From the NCBI GenBank assembly GCA_049509455.1, contig JBEKZX010000017.1, positions 1 to 28,701 on the forward strand: a stretch of DNA of 28,701 nucleotides, written 5' to 3'. The stretch is from Conexivisphaerales archaeon. Its GTDB lineage: Archaea > Thermoproteota > Nitrososphaeria > Conexivisphaerales > DTJL01. This document shows positions 15,657 to 22,733 of this stretch, in pieces. Within the stretch, counting starts at the first letter, position 1. The number at the start of each line of letters is the position of its first letter. A program made the translations under genes and the position numbers. The notes beneath the pieces are model-generated. The model saw nothing but the letters and a program-made list of their open reading frames with translations. It had not been told where the DNA came from and did not search any database.

Positions 15657-16894
15657 CGAATGGCCTTCTTGTAGACCTTCAGCGTCTCGGAGGCGGCCCT
15701 GTCCCAAGTGAAGTACTGTTCCACCCTGCGCCTCCCGTTGGCGCCCCAGGCCTTCGCCTGATCGGGGTCGCGAAGCGCCTCGTCGATGCCCCAGGCGATG
15801 TCGGCGGGGTCGGAGCCGTTGACGTGCATCCCGCACCTTTCGGGGCCGTGCGGTACCACCTGCTCCACAAAGCCAACCACCCCCCTTGCGCCGGCGACGA
15901 CGGGCTTGGACATCGCCATGGCTTCGAGGGTGACGATCCCGAATGGCTCGTAGGTGGAGGGGAAGACGCACAAATCCGAGGCCGCATAGTGGAGTATCCT
16001 CTGCTCTTCGGGGACGAACTCCAGCCGGAGCTTCACCGACCCAGAAAGGCCGAGGCCATCGACGAGGGCCATCACTTCCCTCTCGAGCTCGCCGCTGGCG
16101 AGGACCACCAGCTTCGTCTTGGGCTGGCGCTTAACGACGTCGGGCATTGCTTGTATTAGCGAAAGGATGCCCTTGACGGGGGAGAGCCTCCCGACGAAGA
16201 GGAGCATCTTCTCGTCGGGGGCGATGCCGTAGCTGCTGCGCAGGGCCGCGACGTCTTCACGCTTGACCTTGGCTGGGTCGTATCTTGAGGGGTCCACGCC
16301 GTTCCATACGACGTCGATCTTCCCTTTCGGCCATGCGTGGCGGACAAGGTCCTCTTTCATCAAGTTGCTAACCGTGATTATGCGGTCGGCGCTCTCGGCG
16401 GCCGCCTCCTCTATTCTCGAAACGGCGTCGGAGCCCTGGCCGTTGGTCCTCCCCCACTCGGTGGAGTGGACGTGGAAGACGGCGGGTAGCTTAGCGTCGT
16501 GCTGCACCGTGATCCCCGCCAAGGCGCTGAGCCAGTCGTGGTAGCAGACCATGTCGAATCTTCTCTCCTCCTTTTCGACCAATTCGTTGAGGAACTTCGC
16601 GGCCGAAAGCGTATTGTAGACCTCGATGTCAGAGAAGAACCTCAGGCCGGAGCCCCAGCGGTTAAGGCCGTCCGACGCGATGAGGGAGAGCCCCTTGGTC
16701 ATGTCCATTATCAGGGGCCTGTGGACTTCGACGCCCTCCATGACTTCCCGAGTGGGAAGACCTCCCCTATTGAGGGTGAAGACGGACACGTCATAGCCCA
16801 GCTTGACCAGCCTGGGGGCCATGTTCTGGGCGTAGGTGCCGAGCCCTCCGACGAGCGAGGGAGGGTACTCCCATACAAAGAAGCCTATTCTCAT
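15653..16894 (-). CDS. GT4 (GT-B) glycosyltransferase, Rv3032/glycogen-synthase-like, paralogue 1 (413 aa)
   Basis: MRIGFFVWEYPPSLVGGLG, HDW, HSTEWGR, VWNGVD, FVGRLSPVKG, YEPFGIVTLEAMA and the terminal helix WDRAASETLKVY. Start reassigned to ATG 16894. Confidence 0.95.
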   Translation of the reverse strand: MRIGFFVWEYPPSLVGGLGTYAQNMAPRLVKLGYDVSVFTLNRGGLPTREVMEGVEVHRPLIMDMTKGLSLIASDGLNRWGSGLRFFSDIEVYNTLSAAKFLNELVEKEERRFDMVCYHDWLSALAGITVQHDAKLPAVFHVHSTEWGRTNGQGSDAVSRIEEAAAESADRIITVSNLMKEDLVRHAWPKGKIDVVWNGVDPSRYDPAKVKREDVAALRSSYGIAPDEKMLLFVGRLSPVKGILSLIQAMPDVVKRQPKTKLVVLASGELEREVMALVDGLGLSGSVKLRLEFVPEEQRILHYAASDLCVFPSTYEPFGIVTLEAMAMSKPVVAGARGVVGFVEQVVPHGPERCGMHVNGSDPADIAWGIDEALRDPDQAKAWGANGRRRVEQYFTWDRAASETLKVYKKAIR

Positions 16895-16914
16895 CCAATC
16901 ACCTTGAATCTCCA

Positions 16915-18153
16915 CTAACTGCCGCGGGCCCCCTGAGCCGTCGACGAAGGTTTCCAGGAGCCTGCGTCGTACTCCTTCAAAGTCCGCCCGTATATAGATG
17001 TGGTCAGAGATGCTATGTTGGACCAACTGTAGACGGAGATCCTCTTCGAAGCCTTAGTGCGGAGGGAGTCGGCGTAGGACGGCGAGGAGAGGACGGCCAC
17101 AATGCCGTCGGCGAGGGAGGCCGGGTTGGGCTGGACGAACTGGGCAGTCTCGCCGTTCTGAACTATCTCGCTCAGGCCTCCGGAGCCTATCGTGACGATT
17201 GGCGCCCCTGCGGCCATAGCCTCCAGGGCGACGATGCCGAAGGGCTCATAGAGGGAGGGGATTGCGTTCACGTCGGCGACGCGGAAGAGGCCCCTAAGCT
17301 GCTCCGAGTCGAGGAAGCCGGTCACGTAGACGCTGTCGGAGACGCCGAGCTCCTTGGCCCTGTTGATGAGGTTCTCCTTCAGGTAGCCTTCACCAACGAA
17401 GACGAATTTGGCCGGGGCGCGACGGAGGACGGACGGGACCGCCTCCATCAGGAGGCTCACGCCCTTCTCGTGCACCAGCCTCCCCACGTAGAGGACCAGC
17501 CTTTCGTCGGGCCGGGCGAACGTCGCCCTCAACGCGGCGGTATCGAGAGGCCCACGGAAGGGAGCGGGGTCTATCCCGTTCGGGACGACGTCGATCTTCT
17601 CGCGGCGCACGCCGAGCGCCTCCGTGACCTCTTTCACCATGAAGTTGCTGCAGCAGACGATCCTCCACGATTCACTGGTGAGCCAGGACTCTTCGGAGCT
17701 TATCATCCTCTGGTAGTCGTCGTAGATACCGCCTCTCCGGCCTTTCTCAGTAGAGTGTATCGTGGAGACGAGCGGGAGGCGGAACATGTGCTTGAGCCCT
17801 ATGGCGGCGTTGGCCACCAGCCAGTCGTGGGCATGTATCACCCTGATCCTGCCGTTCGAGGAGCGGATGATCTCGGCCGCGCGCTTCTGCATGTTGACGT
17901 TCATCATGGAGATCCAGGTGGCGAAGTTCGGGGTGGGATAGCTGTAGGAGTCCACGCGGTCCACCAAGACGCCGCGATCCGATTCATGGGCCGGGGCGCC
18001 GGGGAAGTCGCAGGTGACGACATGGACCTTAACGCCCAGCCGCGACAGCTCCCTAGAGAGGTTGTAAACGTGAGGGGCAATCCCCCCGACGGTCCTGGGC
18101 GGGTACTCCCACGACAACATGGTGACCTCGTATCCTGGCAAACCCTTAGGCAC
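16915..18153 (-). CDS. GT4 (GT-B) glycosyltransferase, Rv3032/glycogen-synthase-like, paralogue 2
   Basis: LSWEYPPRTVGGIA, HAHDW, HSTEKGR, VPNGID, YVGRLVHEKG and YEPFGIVALEAMA. Confidence 0.95.
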   Translation of the reverse strand: MPKGLPGYEVTMLSWEYPPRTVGGIAPHVYNLSRELSRLGVKVHVVTCDFPGAPAHESDRGVLVDRVDSYSYPTPNFATWISMMNVNMQKRAAEIIRSSNGRIRVIHAHDWLVANAAIGLKHMFRLPLVSTIHSTEKGRRGGIYDDYQRMISSEESWLTSESWRIVCCSNFMVKEVTEALGVRREKIDVVPNGIDPAPFRGPLDTAALRATFARPDERLVLYVGRLVHEKGVSLLMEAVPSVLRRAPAKFVFVGEGYLKENLINRAKELGVSDSVYVTGFLDSEQLRGLFRVADVNAIPSLYEPFGIVALEAMAAGAPIVTIGSGGLSEIVQNGETAQFVQPNPASLADGIVAVLSSPSYADSLRTKASKRISVYSWSNIASLTTSIYGRTLKEYDAGSWKPSSTAQGARGS

Positions 18154-18784
18154 CCCTCTGAAGGTCTCTGGCCTCCCGGTATGCCCTCAGCGTGTCGTCG
18201 ACCCACGAGGGCGAGGAAGGGTCCACCACCCTCACCTTCGAGGGCGGTACGTTGTGAAGCGCCTCGACCTGGGACTTTAGGGTAGCCGAGGCGGTGATCG
18301 CGACCGCCGATTCGAAGAGCCCGAGCCATTCGAGCCCCCTGACGCAGGAGCTGAGGGGAGATGACGGTTCGCGCGACCTCTGTTCCTCCAGAGAGTGAAC
18401 TGTGAACACGAATGGAAGGCCCAGCGCCTTCTTGAGGCCTACGGCGGCGGATACGAAGTGCCAGTCATGGACGTCAATGACATCTATGCCACCCGAAGGA
18501 GAGTAGAAGATGTCGGCCGCGACCCTCTGGGCCTCGGAGCAGAGCGACAGGGACCAAGTCAGCACATTGAGGTGAGGGTCTACGGGGTTGTGAGTCCAAT
18601 GGAGTTGAATCTTGGGCGATACCGCCTCGGTGGCAGGGCGGGCCTCGTGGAAGGATATGACGTGCACCGTCCCCTCCCTTCCAGACACCTCATGGGCGAG
18701 CCGCTCTACGTAGTAGGCGAGCTCTCCCATGACCCTGGGCGGGTACTCCCAAGCCAGGATGGCGGTACGAAGGTGCGAAGTCAA
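18146..18784 (-). CDS. GT4 N-terminal-domain-only protein (donor-binding domain absent), paralogue 3 (212 aa)
   Basis: LAWEYPP, DVHDWH and TVHSLEEQR are present. The GRL..EKG and EPFG...E motifs are absent. It ends in WVDDTLRAYREA, matching the terminal helix of paralogue 1 (WDRAASETLKVYKKA). Confidence 0.85.
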   Translation of the reverse strand: MTSHLRTAILAWEYPPRVMGELAYYVERLAHEVSGREGTVHVISFHEARPATEAVSPKIQLHWTHNPVDPHLNVLTWSLSLCSEAQRVAADIFYSPSGGIDVIDVHDWHFVSAAVGLKKALGLPFVFTVHSLEEQRSREPSSPLSSCVRGLEWLGLFESAVAITASATLKSQVEALHNVPPSKVRVVDPSSPSWVDDTLRAYREARDLQRGA

Positions 18785-18790
18785 TTTGCA

Positions 18791-19045
18791 TCATGTGAAA
18801 AGAGATGAAACTCGAATGATCCCGTTCCCGGTGAGGAAGTATCGGGTTACGCCCCCATGGTCTACCGCGGAGCCGAGGTACCCCGCCCTGGTGTGGTCGG
18901 CGATGATCTTCTGAACGTCGACGACGGGGATGCCTGTCAGCATGGCCATCTCCTCCACGCTTTTGCCGGTCTTCCCCATTATGGCGCCGGCGTTGTGCAT
19001 AGCTAGGAGGAGCTTCTGTTGGGGCGAAATATCGGAATCGTTCAA
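18791..19045 (-). CDS. Small winged helix-turn-helix-like protein (84 aa)
   Basis: QKLLLAM...KSVEEMAMLTGIPVVDVQKIIADHTRAGYL...RYFLTGNG follows the helix-HTH-wing order with a typical Y-x-LT-x-x-G end. First gene of the GT4 operon. Confidence 0.68.
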   Translation of the reverse strand: MNDSDISPQQKLLLAMHNAGAIMGKTGKSVEEMAMLTGIPVVDVQKIIADHTRAGYLGSAVDHGGVTRYFLTGNGIIRVSSLFT

Positions 19046-19086
19046 GTCGTCGCCGCTACGGATTGCGCTCTAATATCCATTCCCTA

Positions 19087-19112
19087 GCCAATTGGCCGGG
19101 AAGCCATGGCTT
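19087..19112. promoter_or_regulatory. Two adjacent perfect palindromes in the divergent wHTH/VKOR intergenic region (candidate operator)
   Basis: GCCAATTGGC (19087-19096) and AAGCCATGGCTT (19101-19112) share GCCA/TGGC half-sites. They lie between TATA-like boxes at about 19070-19077 (-) and 19129-19135 (+). Confidence 0.35.
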
Positions 19113-19172
19113 GGCGAGGAAAACACGGTTAAGTAGGGGAATCCCGACCGAGCCCATGAAGGGGTATAGCTG

Positions 19173-19586
19173 TTGACCATCAAGGCCCGCTCCTGGAGGC
19201 TGACGGCGCTTCTCGTAGCGGTGCCGGGCCTGCTCTCCTCGATCTACCTCAGCTATCACGCCGCCTTTCCCCAGGCCCTCCTCTACTGCCCCACGATAGG
19301 ACCCTTCGACTGCAACGAGGTGACGACAAGCCCCTACTCCATGCTCTTCGGGGTCAGCGTGGCCTACCTGGGTCTGGCCTGGTTCATCGTCGTCGTCGCG
19401 CTGGTTGCCTTGAACAGGACGGAGCTCCTCCTTCCCCTATGGGTGCTCGGGGCGGCCTTCGTGGCTTACCTCGTTGGCGCAGAGGTCTTTCTGGTCCACT
19501 CGGTCTGCGCATACTGCACCATTGCCCACGCCTCGGCGCTGCTGCTGGGGCTTCCCATATACGAGCTGCTCGACGCCGAGGTGTGA
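19173..19586 (+). CDS. Vitamin K epoxide reductase (VKOR) family membrane oxidoreductase
   Basis: Loop cysteines CPTIGPFDC, the VTTSPYSMLFGVSVAYLG segment, redox CAYC and four TM helices. Confidence 0.92.
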   Translation: MTIKARSWRLTALLVAVPGLLSSIYLSYHAAFPQALLYCPTIGPFDCNEVTTSPYSMLFGVSVAYLGLAWFIVVVALVALNRTELLLPLWVLGAAFVAYLVGAEVFLVHSVCAYCTIAHASALLLGLPIYELLDAEV

Positions 19587-20368
19587 ACCTGCCCGCAGAC
19601 GCCGGCCGGGCTCCCCTGGGTGACATTGCATATCGCAGAAGTGATGCCATCGGCGACCGCCATTATGGTCTTGCCGAGGCTGTCGCCGTTGACAATGGAC
19701 TGGACGACCTGCTCCTGGTTCAGCCCCGCCAGTAGTGAAGCACCATACTGCGCGCCGGCCACGACGTAGCTGTTGGCGATGTCCAAGAAAGGCACGTCGC
19801 CATGAGTGACCGCGCTCCAGAGGGCGCTGTAGTTGGCCGGAACGGATTCCAGCGGCTTCCCGTTGCGGTCCTCGAATTCATAGGCCTGCAGAGAGATATA
19901 CTGGCTGGAGTAGCTGTAGTTCAGGAAGGAGAAGGACGGTGTGTTGGGGAGCTCTATGTTGGAGCCAGAATACGTGTAGGAAAGAGAGGAGAAGGTGCCG
20001 AAACGCATGAGGGCGATGACGAGCGCCCACCTCTCGGCGGCGCAGTAGGGGCAGAAGTCTCCGCTCACGAAGAGGATGACTGGCTTCCCGTCGTAGCTCA
20101 AGGGCGCGCCGGAATAGGGAGCGAGAGATTGGAAGGAGGGAGTACCGTACCTGGAATTGGCCACCTGGCTGAGCTGCGCCAGGTCTGACGATGGGACCGG
20201 CGTGGTCTCCCCGGTGGAGGTCCTTCCCCCTATTGAAAGGATGTAGGCGCCCACGACCACCACGGTGGCGACTAGGACTAGGGCGGTGATGGTCAGGGTC
20301 CTATTCCGATGCCTAGCATTCCGGCGGTCCTTGGGCTTGGGCGAAGCTATATCCTCCTGCAGATACAA
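19466..20368 (-). CDS. DUF929-like membrane-anchored thioredoxin-fold protein (DsbA-like VKOR partner)
   Basis: Basic N-terminus and one TM helix, then FVSGDFCPYCAAERWALVIALMRFGTFS, a VPF cis-Pro-like loop and a C-terminal C..(P)..C pair. Confidence 0.86.
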   Translation of the reverse strand: MYLQEDIASPKPKDRRNARHRNRTLTITALVLVATVVVVGAYILSIGGRTSTGETTPVPSSDLAQLSQVANSRYGTPSFQSLAPYSGAPLSYDGKPVILFVSGDFCPYCAAERWALVIALMRFGTFSSLSYTYSGSNIELPNTPSFSFLNYSYSSQYISLQAYEFEDRNGKPLESVPANYSALWSAVTHGDVPFLDIANSYVVAGAQYGASLLAGLNQEQVVQSIVNGDSLGKTIMAVADGITSAICNVTQGSPAGVCGQVHTSASSSSYMGSPSSSAEAWAMVQYAQTEWTRKTSAPTR

Positions 20369-20511
20369 AGCGAAAGGACAGCCAGATATTAGGGTTGCCG
20401 TGTCATGCGCCGGCAGCTACCTCATGCCCCCCGAGCTCTCTGGCCTGACCGGCCTGCTCCCCCCAAAACCTCTTTAACGACGATCGGAAGATGCAGGGTG
20501 GAGTAGCAAGG

Positions 20512-21177
20512 ATGCCATACTGCAGCAGGTGTGGGAAACTCAATGATGACGATTCTAAGTTCTGCGTGTACTGCGGGACGCCCACTTCGCCTGCTTCAGC
20601 CTCCGCCGGGGGCTTCGGCGAGCGCGTGGGGGGCGACGCCCAGGATTTCGCGAGGAGCATGAAGGAGGAAGCCGAAAGGGTTGCCGAGAAGGTCCGCCGT
20701 GAAGCCGAGTGGCGGACTGGCAGGGCCCCTCCTGAGGTCAACCGGAACGAGGCCCTCCTGGGTGCGATATCGGCCGGCGCCGTCCTGATCATCTTCGCGG
20801 GCACCGTCCTGTCCTACCCCAACAGCCTGACAGCCCTGATCGACTACATTCGCAGGATGGCTGAACTGGGGGGCTTCATCAGGCCGCCCCGCCTACTGCT
20901 GGACGCTGCTTCGTTCTTCTTCGTGGCAATCGGCCTCTGGGCGCTCGGCCTTGCCGTGCTCCGCCTCGTCCTTCAGAGAAGCATGAGGAAGTCCCTCGGT
21001 GACATCGTCGGGGCCCTGTTCAGCTTCTACCTGGCTTACGTGATCGCATCCTACGCGGCGGTCCGCATCGGAGGGGTGGCCGCTTCGGCGTTCGTAGTCA
21101 TCGGTTTGGGGATGGTCATAATAGCCGATGGTTTGATCGCCGTGGCTTTGCCTTGGCCTCGTCCGTCCGCCGGCTGA
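20512..21177 (+). CDS. Zinc-ribbon domain membrane protein (221 aa)
   Basis: YCSRCGKLNDDDSKFCVYCG (zinc_ribbon_2 pattern), a charged linker and four TM helices. Confidence 0.85.
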   Translation: MPYCSRCGKLNDDDSKFCVYCGTPTSPASASAGGFGERVGGDAQDFARSMKEEAERVAEKVRREAEWRTGRAPPEVNRNEALLGAISAGAVLIIFAGTVLSYPNSLTALIDYIRRMAELGGFIRPPRLLLDAASFFFVAIGLWALGLAVLRLVLQRSMRKSLGDIVGALFSFYLAYVIASYAAVRIGGVAASAFVVIGLGMVIIADGLIAVALPWPRPSAG

Positions 21178-21340
21178 TAAGCCGACCCATCGATCGACGA
21201 GGCAAGAGCCTTGCTACGGAGGAACCCAGCCCCAGAGCCATGGTGGCCGATGCCACGTTCAGCCACAGTCCGCCGTTGCGACAGTGGAACTGAAAGTCGA
21301 AATAGAGCCCAGCCAGCCCGGCGACGGCGTAGGAGAGCAA
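21116..21340 (-). CDS. Possible small membrane protein or gene remnant
   Basis: Two short hydrophobic stretches (LSYAVAGLAGLYF; LWLNVASATMALGLG) fill an otherwise empty gap. It overlaps the convergent gene and has no recognisable family. Confidence 0.2.
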   Translation of the reverse strand: MLSYAVAGLAGLYFDFQFHCRNGGLWLNVASATMALGLGSSVARLLPRRSMGRLISRRTDEAKAKPRRSNHRLL

Positions 21341-21431
21341 GAACAGCGGATGCGCTGGAAAAGATAGTTGGACGCGATGGTCAACAGGACGTGAAATGAG
21401 CTCGCAAGGAGGTATCGACCGTCCGAATCCG

Positions 21432-22394
21432 CTACTTCGGGGGTCCTGCCTTCCCCTTGGAGGAGTGAAGGACGGCGTAGAGGACCGAGAAGGACATGAT
21501 GAACACCAGCCCGAACAAGAGCGCCACTCCTCCCACCACCAAGAGAGGGACGTTGAGCCTAGATCCTGATTTGTAGGAGATTAGGGCGATGATGATGAGG
21601 GCTACGCCCGCGACTGTCATCTCGATGCCGGGGGCGCCTACGTAGAAGAAGGGCCTCTCGACTATCACACTGTGAAGAGTCCTATCCCATCTCGCCCGGA
21701 ACGTGAGCCCCTCCGCCGTCTTCGGGACCGCGGCCGGAGGGGCGGCGACAGTCTTGAAGGTGACGATTCTAAGGCGCAGCCCCGACGCGACCGCTAGTGC
21801 CAGCTGATCGCCGCCGCCGATGGACGTGAAGAAATCGTCCCTCGACCGGGCTGCCAAGGCCTTGGAATTGAGCGCGAGGAGGTCGGCACCCCGAACGGGC
21901 ACGCCAGATTCTTCATGGACCCCGATGCATATGTCGGCCTCGTCCCGGAGTAAGGGCTCGATGAGTTCGGGGATCTGGTCAGGGTCGTTGTGTTTCTCGA
22001 CCTCCATCGTGACCACGACCTGGGGGTGGGACTTCAGGGCCTCCTCCATCAGGTCCGAAATGGCCTTTCCCTTGCCGAGGCCCTCCCCGTGGAGGATCAC
22101 GAACGCTCCTGCCTCCCGAGCCCTAGCCGCCGTCTGGTCCATCGAGCCGTCGTCGCAGACTATGACCTTGTTGACGGACTTGAGCGCCCTGGAGACCAGC
22201 TTGCCGATCTGCTTCTCGTTGTTGAGCGCCGGGACGCAGAGCACCACCTCCTTAGGCGCGGGGGCGGGGGTTTCCTCCACCGATGGCTCAACGATCTGCT
22301 TCTCTAGCTGCTGAAGCTTCTCCGGGGACGACGTCAGCTCGGACTCGGCGGGCTGAGACTCGTCCGCTAACTCACTCATCTGGCGTGCGAACAT
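21432..22394 (-). CDS. DPM1-like GT2 family protein with two C-terminal TM helices; catalytic motifs degenerate
   Basis: VPALNNE, VIVCDDGSMDQT and GLGKGKA are GT-A hallmarks, but the DADGQH position reads EVEKHN. ERPFFYVGAPG precedes two TM helices. ATG 22379 is an alternative start. Confidence 0.85.
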   Translation of the reverse strand: MFARQMSELADESQPAESELTSSPEKLQQLEKQIVEPSVEETPAPAPKEVVLCVPALNNEKQIGKLVSRALKSVNKVIVCDDGSMDQTAARAREAGAFVILHGEGLGKGKAISDLMEEALKSHPQVVVTMEVEKHNDPDQIPELIEPLLRDEADICIGVHEESGVPVRGADLLALNSKALAARSRDDFFTSIGGGDQLALAVASGLRLRIVTFKTVAAPPAAVPKTAEGLTFRARWDRTLHSVIVERPFFYVGAPGIEMTVAGVALIIIALISYKSGSRLNVPLLVVGGVALLFGLVFIMSFSVLYAVLHSSKGKAGPPK

Positions 22395-22407
22395 GATACG
22401 ACCGGCT

Positions 22408-22420
22408 GGTATATTATACC
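22408..22420. promoter_or_regulatory. Palindromic TATA element upstream of the GT2-like gene
   Basis: GGTATA-T-TATACC is a perfect inverted repeat about 29 nt upstream of ATG 22379. Confidence 0.55.
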
Positions 22421-22584
22421 TTGGCCCTTCGATAAGGTGGCGCTGGGCCGGCAGCCCTAAGCTTCCGGACGTGTGAAGGTACCGTCTCCCCAGAGGTCGG
22501 CGAGACCAGGTCCGAGAGGGCGAGGGATGTGAATTTCACTCGAGGGGTACCCAAAGCCAGCCATGGCGGTGGAGTTGGCGTATT

Positions 22585-22725
22585 TCACCCTTCCCTTCGG
22601 AGTCGGTTGACAGGGTCAGGTCGGAGCATGTCTCGACTAGAGACTGCAGGAGGGACGCGGTCCCATAGCTCCACATAGGGGTCTTGGCGCTGGGAAGGCC
22701 CTCCCCCTTCGCCCGATTCATTCAA
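22585..22725 (-). CDS. Possible 46-aa peptide
   Basis: Manual translation from TTG 22725: MNESGEGGGPSQRQDPYVELWDRVPPAVSSRDMLRPDPVNRLRREG. It starts 8 nt after the upstream stop. Below the track cutoff; no family recognised. Confidence 0.25.
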   Translation of the reverse strand: MNESGEGGGPSQRQDPYVELWDRVPPAVSSRDMLRPDPVNRLRREG

Positions 22726-22733
22726 CGCTGTCT

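Noticed and set aside
19156-19176. Mini-ORF MKGYSC* whose TGA overlaps the VKOR TTG; similar ATG-GCT-TGA before the ferritin TTG 6242
   Set aside because: Any TTG-A start creates an overlapping TGA, so such mini-ORFs arise easily by chance; two cases are not enough.
22615-22628. GTCAGG...GGAGCA resembling SRP RNA helix 8
   Set aside because: The GNRA-capped stem between the two loop strands is missing, and no other SRP helices are evident.
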